A stretch of 20,000 bases of DNA from Coniocarpon cinnabarinum. Lineage: Eukaryota. The DNA is taken from contig JAVECO010000117.1 of assembly GCA_051942205.1 (NCBI GenBank), positions 53,813-73,812 of the forward strand. Direction: 5' to 3'. Both the position numbers and the translations under genes were made by a program. The notes beneath the pieces are model-generated. The model made no database searches. It saw only the letters and a program-made list of their open reading frames with translations, and was not told the DNA's origin. Below, one piece after another: positions 8,736-19,609 of this stretch (position 1 is the first letter of the stretch; every line of letters begins with the position of its first letter).

Positions 8736-9662
8736 ATGGTGGTCGCAAAGGATGTACGTACTCGCCCTCGACCGCCGCGCTTTGGCAAGAAGAAGCCTAG
8801 AAGGAACATACCTAACCAGACCGCAGATATATACGAGCCTAGCCAGGCCCTTCGAACAGACTCGACAGATCTGCGTGTATTTGTACAACCAGGTAAGGAC
8901 GCCGAATTGATAAAGTATTACGAAGCGGGCGTCCTGACCTTAAAGGATATTGTCCATGAGCACCCACAATCGCATTGGGCGAAACACGGAGCGAACCCCT
9001 TTGAGTGGGAAGACGCTGAGCGTGTCAACCGCCATCTGGAAGAAATGGCAAGGATCCGTGGCAGAGAGTGGAAAGCATTGTATGGCGGGTATCGTGGAAT
9101 GCTTGCCGAAGATCTCTTACGTGGCCTTGAGGATGACGAGAAAGAGGTTGTGCGAGCCACGGAGAACAACATTGGTTACTTTCGCCGAAATCAAGAACTC
9201 TGCTCCCGCATCAGCAGTTGGGCTGATGACATGGCTCAGCTACTGGTCGCTGACCGGGACGAGGTGTATGGTGCCGAGGAGGGCGGAGAGGTTGCCGGCG
9301 ATGAGTTGATGCGGCGGAAAGCGCTGAGCTACGATGCTGCACTCGAGCACGACGATTTGTTACTAACTTGCGAAGGATCAACATACATCAACAAGGCCAT
9401 CTCTGCCGTGGAGATTTGGGGGAAGGAGGCTGAACCAGGATGTTCCGATCCTGATGATTACGATGATCAGGGATCTGGAGATGACCCAGTTGCGGCGCTC
9501 ATCGAATCTTGCTCCAGCCTCAGATTGAATGACAATGAAGGATGCATGAAGCGATCAGGGTGGAAACAGAGCCCGGTAAAACGAACCAAGGGGTGGGATG
9601 ATGAGCCATTCTTAACCATGCAGCGCGAGAATGGGGATGACGGGATTGACTGGTCAGCTTGA
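8736..9662 (+). CDS. Hypothetical protein (~308 aa) with basic N-terminus and acidic C-terminal half
   Basis: Within ORF 8349..9662. aaaATGg at 8736 is the best start context and is followed by RTRPRPPRFGKKKPRR. Protein-like composition downstream; exact start uncertain; no recognised family. Confidence 0.7.
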   Translation: MVVAKDVRTRPRPPRFGKKKPRRNIPNQTADIYEPSQALRTDSTDLRVFVQPGKDAELIKYYEAGVLTLKDIVHEHPQSHWAKHGANPFEWEDAERVNRHLEEMARIRGREWKALYGGYRGMLAEDLLRGLEDDEKEVVRATENNIGYFRRNQELCSRISSWADDMAQLLVADRDEVYGAEEGGEVAGDELMRRKALSYDAALEHDDLLLTCEGSTYINKAISAVEIWGKEAEPGCSDPDDYDDQGSGDDPVAALIESCSSLRLNDNEGCMKRSGWKQSPVKRTKGWDDEPFLTMQRENGDDGIDWSA

Positions 9663-10219
9663 AGCTTTTAGACGATTGGCTATTTCTGAGGCAGCAAAGC
9701 TTGCCGGAAATATATTCTCGCATATTGATACCCTCCAAAGGTCTGTTGTTAGCAACTTTCTCCTCCACGTTAGAATCAAGCATGGAAACACAATTTCATA
9801 GATACCACTTGCGAGGTCTCAAAGGCACCATACTTATCACGACTCTGAAGGCAGAGTACGAAACTAAAATTTCTGCGATTGAGCCCAGACGCCAAACGGA
9901 TTGTGTTTGCACGTGACTTGACTTCGATCAAAAATGGTGTGACACCGCTGCACAAAAGAGCGTCCTGCATATGTCTCAGCCAGAAACGCTTTACCGTAGA
10001 AGTATACCTGATTTTCACTCAAAAGATCGAAATCAAAGCCTTCAGAGATTCTGTAATATATGCTGCGCCACGATTTCTGGTATCATACCTTGCGTGTCAC
10101 GTGGTATGGCCTCTGCGGACTTGGCACAACCCTTGCTCAAGCTCTCGAACTCCCACTCCAAGCGCAAGAGTACAATCTTATGAACTTGGATGCCGGGACA
10201 ACTTCAATATGTTTACAGC

Positions 10220-11281
10220 TCACAACTTTGATTGAATCTCTTCTCCATCCAGCCATCGCCTAAGGTTGTCTGCATTCTGCCTATACCAGTCCTTGACCAC
10301 ATCGTCTTGTCCATACCCAGTATGTGGACTCAACACAACATCCGTAGTCCCATCAAATCCCCACTTGGTCGTCCTCCACGGGCTGTCCCTCGGTAGCGGC
10401 TCCACGTCAAACACATCAAGCGCTGCCCCTGAGATCGTGCCACCTTGACATGCCCTCAACAAGGCTCCTTCATCAACCAATGGTCCACGACTCGTGTTTA
10501 CAAAAAGCGCCGACCTCTTCATCAATTTGAGCTCTTTGTCACTCACAATACCTCTTGACCGATCGGACAACACCATCTGCACAGACACCACGTCTGCCTC
10601 AGCAAACAGCCGCTCTTTGTTCACATATTTAAAATCCCCCACGTCAAGCCCGGCGGCCTTTGCTTGCTCTTCTGCACGCTTTTGCGTCATGTTTGGGCTC
10701 CATACAATGACCTTCATGCCCCATGCCTGGACAGCAATTCTCCCCACAGCTGTACCCAGCCTTCCCAACCCTACTAAGCCCAAGGTCTTTCCAGAAACAC
10801 CGCTTGATAGGCAAGGTCCTTGCCATGCGCCTCCCACGATAAGCGAGTGATCTCGTGTAATATGCTTCGCCAGTCCGAGGATCAATGCCCATGTATGTTG
10901 TGTCGTTGCGTCTGGTTTTGGATATCTCGATGCTGCAGGTCCAGCTATGCTGGTGCCCGCAACTACAATACGCTGGGCCTTGCATTGCTCAAGGTCGATA
11001 CTGGCATTTTTGGGCCCCGTTGTAAGAAGCAACTTAAGCTTTGGAAGCTGTGTCAACAGCGACGCCGGGAACGGTGTGCGCTCACGCATTGTAACAATGA
11101 CATCGTAGTCAACAAGGCGTGAGGCCAGCGACGAAAGTCCTTGTGGGGTTCGAGGATTCAGAGTTTCGGGGAAGTATGCCACGCGTACGTTGGAGTGGGT
11201 GGACAGAACGGCTTCAAAATGGGGCGGAGAAAGGGACTGATAGTCGTCGAGCACGGCAACTGTTGCTGAGGATGCGGTCAT
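10220..11281 (-). CDS. D-isomer-specific 2-hydroxyacid dehydrogenase (phosphoglycerate-dehydrogenase-like, NAD(P)-binding), 353 aa
   Basis: Family motifs VAVLDDYQ, MRERTPF, Rossmann GLVGLGRLG, NTSRGPLVDE (catalytic Arg), LDVFDVEPL (Glu) and LSPHTGY (His). Intronless ORF. Confidence 0.95.
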   Translation of the reverse strand: MTASSATVAVLDDYQSLSPPHFEAVLSTHSNVRVAYFPETLNPRTPQGLSSLASRLVDYDVIVTMRERTPFPASLLTQLPKLKLLLTTGPKNASIDLEQCKAQRIVVAGTSIAGPAASRYPKPDATTQHTWALILGLAKHITRDHSLIVGGAWQGPCLSSGVSGKTLGLVGLGRLGTAVGRIAVQAWGMKVIVWSPNMTQKRAEEQAKAAGLDVGDFKYVNKERLFAEADVVSVQMVLSDRSRGIVSDKELKLMKRSALFVNTSRGPLVDEGALLRACQGGTISGAALDVFDVEPLPRDSPWRTTKWGFDGTTDVVLSPHTGYGQDDVVKDWYRQNADNLRRWLDGEEIQSKL

Positions 11282-12151
11282 TTCAACGGTTGCCGGCCAA
11301 TCTTAAAGCATACCGTGAATTCCTTCGTACTGATATAATGCTCTTTAGTGAATCTATGTGACTACTAATTGCAATTGTCTGATTTCGAGGGGAGATCGGG
11401 CAAAAGAGTCTATACCATGATGTCATCCCTGTGACGCGCTTGCATTAGAGGTCGACAAGATAGCTGCCCATTCTGTAGAGTCTGCGCGGTGTACTCGTGC
11501 AGCTATCAACCTTCACTATGTCTCATTAGCAATGACCGCCGTGACTTACAGCTCATGATCAAGGCTGAGCCAAGACATTGTGGATCAAGGCAAGAGTACC
11601 CCGCTTAGTCAGCATCGGATTCAGACGGCAACATAAAGACGACACCCGCGTCCTCCAGCAAGTACATCCATTCCTGTGTCTGCAAACACGTCAGTGAATC
11701 ACAACAATGAGACCTAAGTCATTGTAGATTGAGTGAGCTCTCATAGACATTCTAGCTTTCCAGGGCCGCTCAACGGATGTAGTCGGGACCGACGGCCTTG
11801 GGTAAGCATACACTCCGGATCTGTTCACTTTGGAGCCGCCCATGGGTGGTACCGTTCCTGGGGCCCCTCGCCACGTCTTATGCCAACCTAAGAGAGGTTC
11901 TGTTGCTCCTGGTTCCTCCGCCGTTTTTGGCCAACAGATGGTTCAGACTCGTGTTTACTGTCAGCGCTACGTGCCGCCAGAACACGAGTTCATGCATACA
12001 AAAACGCCCATACTCTCATCCCTCTGCTCTTCCCTACTGCAACATCGATCAAGACCTCCTGCGTTGCATTATTTTCTCCACGGGCATCCCCGTTAATAAC
12101 CCATAAACATACAAATCCAAACCCAACGTCTTCCCTCCTAGATTTTCCAAA

Positions 12152-12563
12152 ATGACTGTCACCCTCCTTGCCTACATCAAGAAACTTCCCAACCTCTCAC
12201 ATGCTGAGTTCAAGGCCATCGCTGAAAACGAGCACATGCCCACGATGAACGAGATCGCCGGCGACGTGCTACCCAAGATGACGCGATACTACGTGGACAG
12301 CACGCAGCCTGCCTTCCGCGGCAGCGCACCCGACCATGACTGTATAGTGCGCATGGAGTTTGAGAGCGAGGAGGCATTGCAAAAGGTCAGTAAGAAACAT
12401 CAACGAGGCTAGAGTGTCGGGTGCATAAGCTAACAGGACGTTGTCGCAGATGCACGCACACTACCAAGACCCAGATGTGTATGCCAAAGCCATAGCGAGC
12501 CAGAAGAAGTTCATGATCGTGGAAGAAGAGACCACTTTCGTCATCAATGAAATTAAGGCGTGA
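12152..12563 (+). CDS. EthD-family (dimeric alpha-beta barrel) protein, 115 aa, 2 exons
   Basis: Exon 1 12152-12385; intron 12386-12449 (GTCAGT...GCTAAC...GCAG, 64 nt); exon 2 12450-12563 (MHAHYQDPDVYAKAIASQKKFMIVEEETTFVINEIKA*). EthD-like pattern KKLPNLSHAEF...EHMP...RYY...DHDCIVRMEFESEEAL...DP...KFM. Confidence 0.85.
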
Positions 12564-13726
12564 GATAGTGGAGGGAGCTGGCCTATGGGTCGTCATTCAT
12601 AATCAATAGCTTTTGTATGGACCGTCAAACATATTGTCAACGAGCTTGAAGCGGTCAATCAAGGCTCTTTCTAAAACTCGAGCCGCTGTATGGTAGCCCC
12701 TTTGCCAATACTTCACATCCACGTGTTGCTCCTGGTTGTCTATCGCCGTTTGTGGCCCTTGCAACTACAAGACGGATTCACGTATTCAACCACTTGTTCG
12801 ACATTCATTGCTAGTACGTTCATACAGATCTATTCGTCTCTCGTGTGATGGCTGGTGTGAGTTACGCTGCATACCAAGCGCCGCGAATATTTGTACTCGT
12901 TGCAGGAACCCGACAGGTAGTGAACAGAAACTTAACCCTGCCACCGCAAGGCCGTTAAGTTGTGCTTGGCGCTATTAGCGCCTTGGCATAACTCGTTTAT
13001 CCTTAGGTATTCACGCCAGGATCTACGAACATCACGGGAAATACTGGAACCTGCATTTCCCACAAGTTGCTTAGCGAGATCAATCGCTAGCAATGAATTC
13101 GATCTCAAGGGGCGCTGTCCAGAAACGGAACCCTGAGCCGCTCGGCGCTACTGAAATAAGGACCCACCAATCAACAGAAGAGGAAATTCAGGCGTGGGAA
13201 ATAGTTTCTAAATGGAAGCCAACGACGGAGGCCTTAGCAGGAACAGCGCAGAATGAACGAAACCTCAAAGATGAGTTAGGGCGATCAAGAGAATGAGCGG
13301 AGAGAATCAACCGCTGGCGCGTCGAGGCAGTAGAGGCACTGAAGAACATGGCACGACTTCACTGTGCAAAAGCCATGGCACTGGCTCGATCTATTGCCAA
13401 CAGCCCCATGGAACTCGATGAGGGAATCGAAGTCGGGTCCCAGAGGTAACATGTCGAAATGCAATGCTTTGCTGCCTCAACGCACCCGGCACATTCCCTG
13501 CGATGAAGCGGAAGCTAAACAACGGGCAGCGCCGCCTGATAGCGCCTGGCATGCTGATAACACCCCTATAATGCTAGAGCAAGTGACGAGCTAGAGTGCA
13601 TGTCAAAGTGCCGCAGAACTTTTCGAAACACATTGCGAACCGAGAAGGTAAACAGTATCATGACAGCTTTCCTATGTACAAAGCTTTACGCCTAACATGC
13701 CCAAATTAACATTGAAGACGCATGTA

Positions 13727-15477
13727 TCATCTCACTTGCAGCGCAATTCCCTTCCCAGATAAGTCATCCTCAACGGCCGCGCCCGTGTTACCTATACTTG
13801 CACCACGCAGACGCTTCCCGATCACAAAGGTGGCCGCGACTAGCATCCATGCAAATAAGCTGAAGAACGCAGCCATGCCGAAGACCCAGCCAACGCCAAC
13901 AGACTTCTCCCATTGCTGCAGGAAGAATGGAATTGCAAGGCCGAGTGCTAAACGCCATGCGTTGAGACATGTGCCAACTTCTTGAGGATTGCGCTCGAAA
14001 CATTCAACAACGTAGTTGAGTGCAACCGGCTGTGCTGCGAAGGCGCCGAATGTGATCAAGAACGCGCCCAGCGCCAGAACCATGTAGTGTAAGTGATGCT
14101 GCAGACCTGCACCGAACAGGCCAAGGCCGACAGGCATGGCGATCATCGCAGGGAACCATAATGTGTGCAGGCGATACTCGGGGTGCCACTGATTGCGGCG
14201 CTTCGAGATCCACAGAGGTAAGCGATCGTTGAGCAGCATGCCCCACAGCTGTGCGGCAATACAGCCGATCCAGATGGAAAGCGTGAAAAGAGATGTGGTC
14301 TGAAAGTCGAAGCCGTAGCCGTGCATGCCCTTCTTGGGCGCCCATGGCTGCTCGAGAAAAATTGAGATGAGGTTTGCGACCATGGCGAAAAAGCCAAAGT
14401 AGACAGCGGAGAAGAGACCGCCGATCACAGTGACGGGAGAAAAGACAATGAGGAAGGGTGCATAGGCAAAGCGCCACTATTGCGAAATCGTTAGCGGAGT
14501 ATTACATTTTGCTAATTTTGTAGGCAGTACTCACGATTTCACCCCACGGAGGGCGAGGCCAGTTCTCAGTGCCAGGTGTTACCGTCGCCAAACGCGCGCC
14601 GAGCCAGGAACGCCGGGCAGATTTGTTTTCAAGCCCGTTGCGATTCCAGGTAGTGTCCTCGACAAAGAAGAAGATCAAGATTAGCGCCAGACCTTGTGGG
14701 AAAAGCGTGTACCACATTTGCCAAGTCCACTTGGTGTGCTGAATGATATAGCCGCCCAAACTCTGACCAACAATGCCACCAAACAGGAAGCAGAATGCAT
14801 AGAATGAGAATGCTTTGCCTCGCTGATGAAGGTAGAAGATGTTGACGATGATGCCGTTGCCAAGGACATGAGGAATTGTGGCGAAGAAACTGACAAACGC
14901 TCGCGATGTCACGAAGCCCTTGTAGTCATCGCGGCCACTCATCTCCGCACTCCAGACGGTCATCAACATGAGGATGAAGGTGCTCCAGAATAGCGTCGCG
15001 TTGATGCCAAGTATCTTTGCTAACGGGGTCTGGACAATTGGGCCAGCAATCAAACCAGCCAAGTTTGCGGACACCTGTGAAGAGTGTGAGCCTGATGGGA
15101 GCTCTACTGCTATCGACGTGCACTCAGAAGCTTACAGCATATGACATCTGCTGACTTGTGACATGGAAGACCTTTGCCTCTACTACCAAACCGCTCGTGA
15201 AAGAGAAAGCAGAGACAAGGCTGACAAAGGCATTGAAGGAAATGATGGCAAAGGTAATGTTCTTCCGCAATGCTGACCAGTTCTGTAGTGTATCAGCGAT
15301 AGCTCTCCCTCGACTACCGAACAGTTGTGCAGAACAACATACCAACGGATCTTTGGGGTCGTCAGTGGGTTGTGGCACCAAAACGATGCCATTCTCGGTC
15401 TTGAGGTTCTTCGCGTCGATATCGTCTATGCTCGTGACGTGGGCATGAGCACTCTTGCCCATTGGTGGACCATGCAT
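13727..15477 (-). CDS. Major facilitator superfamily transporter, DHA1/HOL1-like, 523 aa, 4 exons
   Basis: Exons 15477-15343, 15282-15136, 15074-14535 and 14476-13727. Introns of 60, 61 and 58 nt with GTATGT/GTAAGC/GTGAGT donors and YAG acceptors, all phase 0. Motifs LVPQPTDDPKDPLNWS, IFYLHQRG, W.WQMW, PEYRL and GVGWVFGMAAFF, with many hydrophobic TM segments. Confidence 0.92.
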
Positions 15478-18367
15478 CTTGGGATCACCGACTACTGCAC
15501 AACGAACGACGATACCAGCAGAGAAACGCTGAAGAATAATTATACAATGAGCAGAATCAGAAAGAAAAGAAGACAGAAGGATCGAGCTTCAAAAGGGAAA
15601 ACAGACGCACTACAAAGGTACGTCTCGAAACAGTGGCCAGTCTGGGGAGAGCAGCGCTTGCAGCGGCTAGAAGCTGCCGGCACTTGGAGCCACTTGCCTG
15701 TGTGGCGGCAGAGGTGCGGGCCACAGAGTTCGGGAGTGTTGAGGAGGATGAATCGCGGCGCTGGTGGTGTAGCACTGTGACAGCTTCCGGCAATTGTCCA
15801 AGCCAACCAGCGAACCCTGCACGTGTCATCGTGCGGTGCGGTGTTGCACTACCTCAGGTAGATTACATGTGTGGCGGAAAGCTACCAGTGCGGTGCAGAA
15901 ATGAGCATCCAGCGCGGGCGCCATGGGGAGCTCTGCACTCAGGCCCTTCGCCTGGGGAAGTGGCCAGGGCGGCGTCGTGCGCAAGAGTGTCGACGCAGGT
16001 TCGCCATCGCTAGACGCAGCTAGCGACAGTAGCGCGCAGAGTGGATGGAGACGTGCGCCGATCGCGCAAAGGTTACAGAGTACGAGCCGATGGAGAGATA
16101 AGACGTGAAACGGGGGAGCAATGCAACTTTTGGCGAGGGCGAATATCAGCGTTGCAGCTGTCGTGGCAGGTCGAATCTGCGACAGAATGTCCTGCCTTTT
16201 GAATAGCTGGCGAGCAAGTGCCGAAGGGGGCCCATGTTAGGATGGGCGTTCGAGGGCGTGCAGGAGGCGATGCTGGATGGAGGAGCTGTGAGCTGCAGTC
16301 TGAGCTTTGCGGTCGCTGACTCTTACCCAGGCACCCCGGATCGCGGAGCTTGGGCCAGCTGTCGGACTAACGTAAGCCCGCCATGCCGCCACCCCGGATG
16401 CCTGACATGATCCGCGGCCCGCTCCTTTCCATTCCTTTGGATTCACGCGGTCGCTTCCTTGGCGCTCCTCTCTATCCTGTTTGCGGTCGTCAGATTGATC
16501 AAGACTGTCGGAGGTAACCTCGGCTGCAACTGATAACTCTGGCGACTGCTCTTTAACAGCTGACAATTGCTCCGTGAATGGCCTGAAAATGACTTCATTG
16601 AGGGCATGAACGTGAAAAACATTAGAGGGCATGGGAATCGCTCGGCCGACCAATCACGTGTCCAGGGCTGAACTGAAAACGGCTGTAGCTTCGCTCATCC
16701 GCAGGCGTTGTTTCTGACTGCTGATCATTAGCCATCCCACCGTTGGTGTCTCTCTTCAAATTTACGCACTCGGCCAACCACAGCTCATTTCGGCCTTGCC
16801 GGGCCCCTGCCTGTCGAATGTCCGCACCGTGGCCGTGGTCCTGTGGCCAAACTCGGACAGCCCCTCGTCCTCTCGTTGCGCTCCGGCGCGCTCCTCTTAA
16901 TGCTCAGCACTGCTAACAGCGCCTCCTTTAGCCAGGAAACGGGTCCGGCTCGAGCACAGCGACATTTGACAGCGCCATTGCGACATTTCTTGACAGCTTC
17001 TGCCGTTTGGTTGACCACAGTGTCTCACACAATTTCCTATCTCAAGCATTCGGGAAACTTGAACCGATCTCGCAATTTGGCATCTCCGCGTGGCTCAAGT
17101 CCGACCTGCGTTGCCGCAGCGCCAGACATGTGCCACCTATGTCAGGAACGCCAATGTGCCACGCACTACAACAAGCCTGCAAGCCTTTTCCGCGCCCAAT
17201 GCAATAGCCAAGCGAGGAAAAACGACGGTCCTGCTACTAGGAAGATACGGAGATACATTCAACGTGCTAAAATGCGTGATCGGAGTGTTTGATGCGTATG
17301 TCGTCCTGCATTGGGACGTACAAGCCGTGTTTCATCGTGTTCAGTGAATGCCGATGTAGTAAATTGTGGATTAAACTTCGCCGTACTCAGCCAGGTAAAA
17401 TGAGGCAGTTACACGCACGCAGCGCACATCCGCCTTCCAGTGACACTGTGATCACATATTGCTTGTGATGAAGCTACACCACGAGTTGCAGTGACAGGAG
17501 GCGCTGAACAGGATCATGATGGCGAAGCCAGTGCTTTGGATGGCAAAAACGAACGTCTGGTGTTAGACGTTGTGGATCAACGTGTGCAGCGTGTTGCTAC
17601 ACGGCTGCAACACACCTATCCCCATGCGGACTCGGCGTTGCGAACTCTTCCACGCCGCGCATCTCGCAATGCTGCTGCACTGGCTCCAGCTTGTCAGCCC
17701 CAACGCTCGTATGTCAGGGCTTATGGGCGCTAGTAACGACCCTAAACCGAAGCAGAAGTGGCTCCTTTGGCCTGCCCATCCACCGGTGGTCCACACAGGC
17801 TGATCACAGATGACTCTGCGGTACGGCTGCGCATTCACGATCCGCTGCGCTCCTGTCTCAATTTGCTTGACAAATGACAGTCCAAGCAGACTCGAGTCAC
17901 TCGATTCTTCGCCTCTCTATATCCACGGAACTGAGCATGTGAGTCAAATTAGCCTGCGGAAATCAAAACGATCCATTCCATTGGGCGGAGATCCATTGAC
18001 AGAAGTACGTGCCCCATCCACGAGTTCCATCAGCCACGCTTTTCGGTGCACGGGTCCGCGCAGAAAGACCAACAAGCCCGTCTGCCCGCCAGCGAGGATT
18101 GCGGAATATTAATGTGAATACAACTGGCGTTATGCGACGTGATCAAGCCATCTTTGCCCATTACTAAGGCAGAGCGTGCAGCTAAGGTGATAACAGGCTA
18201 GCATCGCTGGACGGAGATCAGCACCGTGACCAGGGATTTGACTAGCCACTACCAGCCCTGCTTTCGACATACTCTGCATTCAAAAACTCCCCTCTTCACC
18301 TGCTATACCGCAGTCTCAGCGCAGTGTTTGTGCATGTTGTGCTGTCCTGCAGTCCACTATAAACAGC
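15478..18367. promoter_or_regulatory. Long (2.9 kb) divergent intergenic/regulatory region between the MFS and PTH11-like genes
   Basis: Both flanking genes point away from it and no convincing protein-like ORF was seen. A pyrimidine-rich tract on the - strand at ~15555-15605 (fungal CT-box-like) lies upstream of the MFS ATG. Six TGACAG motifs on the + strand. Confidence 0.5.
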
Positions 18368-19609
18368 ATGGCCGCCGACCCAGAATACGCCCGGCAAGCG
18401 GCGGGCTACCATGGACCTATTCACCATGTGCCAGTACCCATTGACCAGCCTTGGTCACAACACATTGTTATTCTAGCCAGTGTCATGCCATTCATCAGCG
18501 GTACCTTTGTCGCTCTGCGCTTCATCGCCCGGAAGATGAAAGGGCTACGCTGGGGTATCGACGACTGGCTCATCATTCCAGCCTGGCTCTTGCATGTCTC
18601 GCAATGTGGCATTGCAATTTGGGGCGTCGTCGCTGCCGGCAACGGCCACCACAAGTGGACGCTCGGTCCCGATGTTCTCACCAACAACGGCAAACTTCTC
18701 ATTTTGACCCAGGTTCCGTGGTCAATTGGACTGGGTCTGACCAAGGCTTCTGCCTGTATGCTTCTTCGCCGCGTTTTCAATGTGAACAGAACCTTTAACG
18801 CCTGTGGTGAGTGACAATGCTGGGACATCGAAACCTTCGAAAGGTCTGGGCCAGTTGCTGATGATCTTCGACAGTCTGGATTCTTCTAATAGTCTCCGTT
18901 GGATGGGCCACCGCCAATTTCTTAAAGATTTTCTTGGATTGCCTGCCGTTAGAGTACAACTGGAACAAGAAGATCAATGGTCATTGCGACGACGTCATGG
19001 CCGCTTTCCTCGCAATTGCAATTATCGATGTCATCGTGGACATGGGCATTCTCCTCCTACCGGTGCCGTTCTTGTGGAGGCTGCAGATGCCAAAGCCGAT
19101 CAAGGTGGCCATTACCTTGACTTTCGGGCTTGGGTATTTCACTGTCGCCTTGGGCTGCTTGCGCATCGCGACGGACCTGAACATTGATCTTCATGGCGAC
19201 ATCTCCCACACCGAGGCACCGCTGTTTTTCTTCAGCTATCTCGAGTGAGCCGCCCTTGAAGAGCCATTCGTGCAACATCTTGCTAACAAAGATCGTCAGA
19301 TTCGGTGTTGCTATTATTGTCGCCTGTATGGTGGTGCTTCGCCCCATCCTGGATCGTTTCTTGATGCCCCTCTTCCCCTCATCGAATGCCGCGTACAGGA
19401 TCAAACGCGCTCGCGGCGACAGCTCATACGCCAACCTCGACAGCGACTCCACTCCGCTTAAGAATTTCCACGGCCAGACCAAATCCAAAGCAGCAACGGT
19501 GCAAACGACGCCCATGCATGACCGAAAGTCCAATCATTTTCACAGCAATAGAGGCGACGGAATCAACGTGCAACGAGATGTCATTGTCGAAGAAGAGGGC
19601 ACGCCGTGA
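18368..19609 (+). CDS. PTH11-like / fungal rhodopsin-domain integral membrane protein lacking CFEM, 372 aa, 3 exons
   Basis: Exons 18368-18806, 18875-19244 and 19300-19609. Introns 18807-18874 (GTGAGT..GCTGAT..ACAG) and 19245-19299 (GTGAGC..GCTAAC..TCAG). Motifs FVALRF.AR, WGIDDWLI, G.GHH, LTKAS..LL.RVF, DCLPLEYNWNKKINGHC, DMGILLLPVPFLWRLQM, FGLG and EFGVAIIVACM..LRP. Confidence 0.92.

Noticed and set aside
9659..10263. Short ORFs between the 8736 gene and the dehydrogenase
   Set aside because: Convergent 3' intergenic region; short ORFs, mostly with non-ATG starts and no protein-like features.
11798..12106. ORFs upstream of the EthD gene
   Set aside because: Non-ATG listed starts, no motifs, and overlap with the CT-rich promoter/5' UTR of EthD.
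15540..18112. Numerous 60-150 aa ORFs and GCCARG (PacC-like) sites in the long intergenic region
   Set aside because: The ORFs lack coding-like composition or a consistent splice model; about five GCCARG sites is close to chance expectation for this length.
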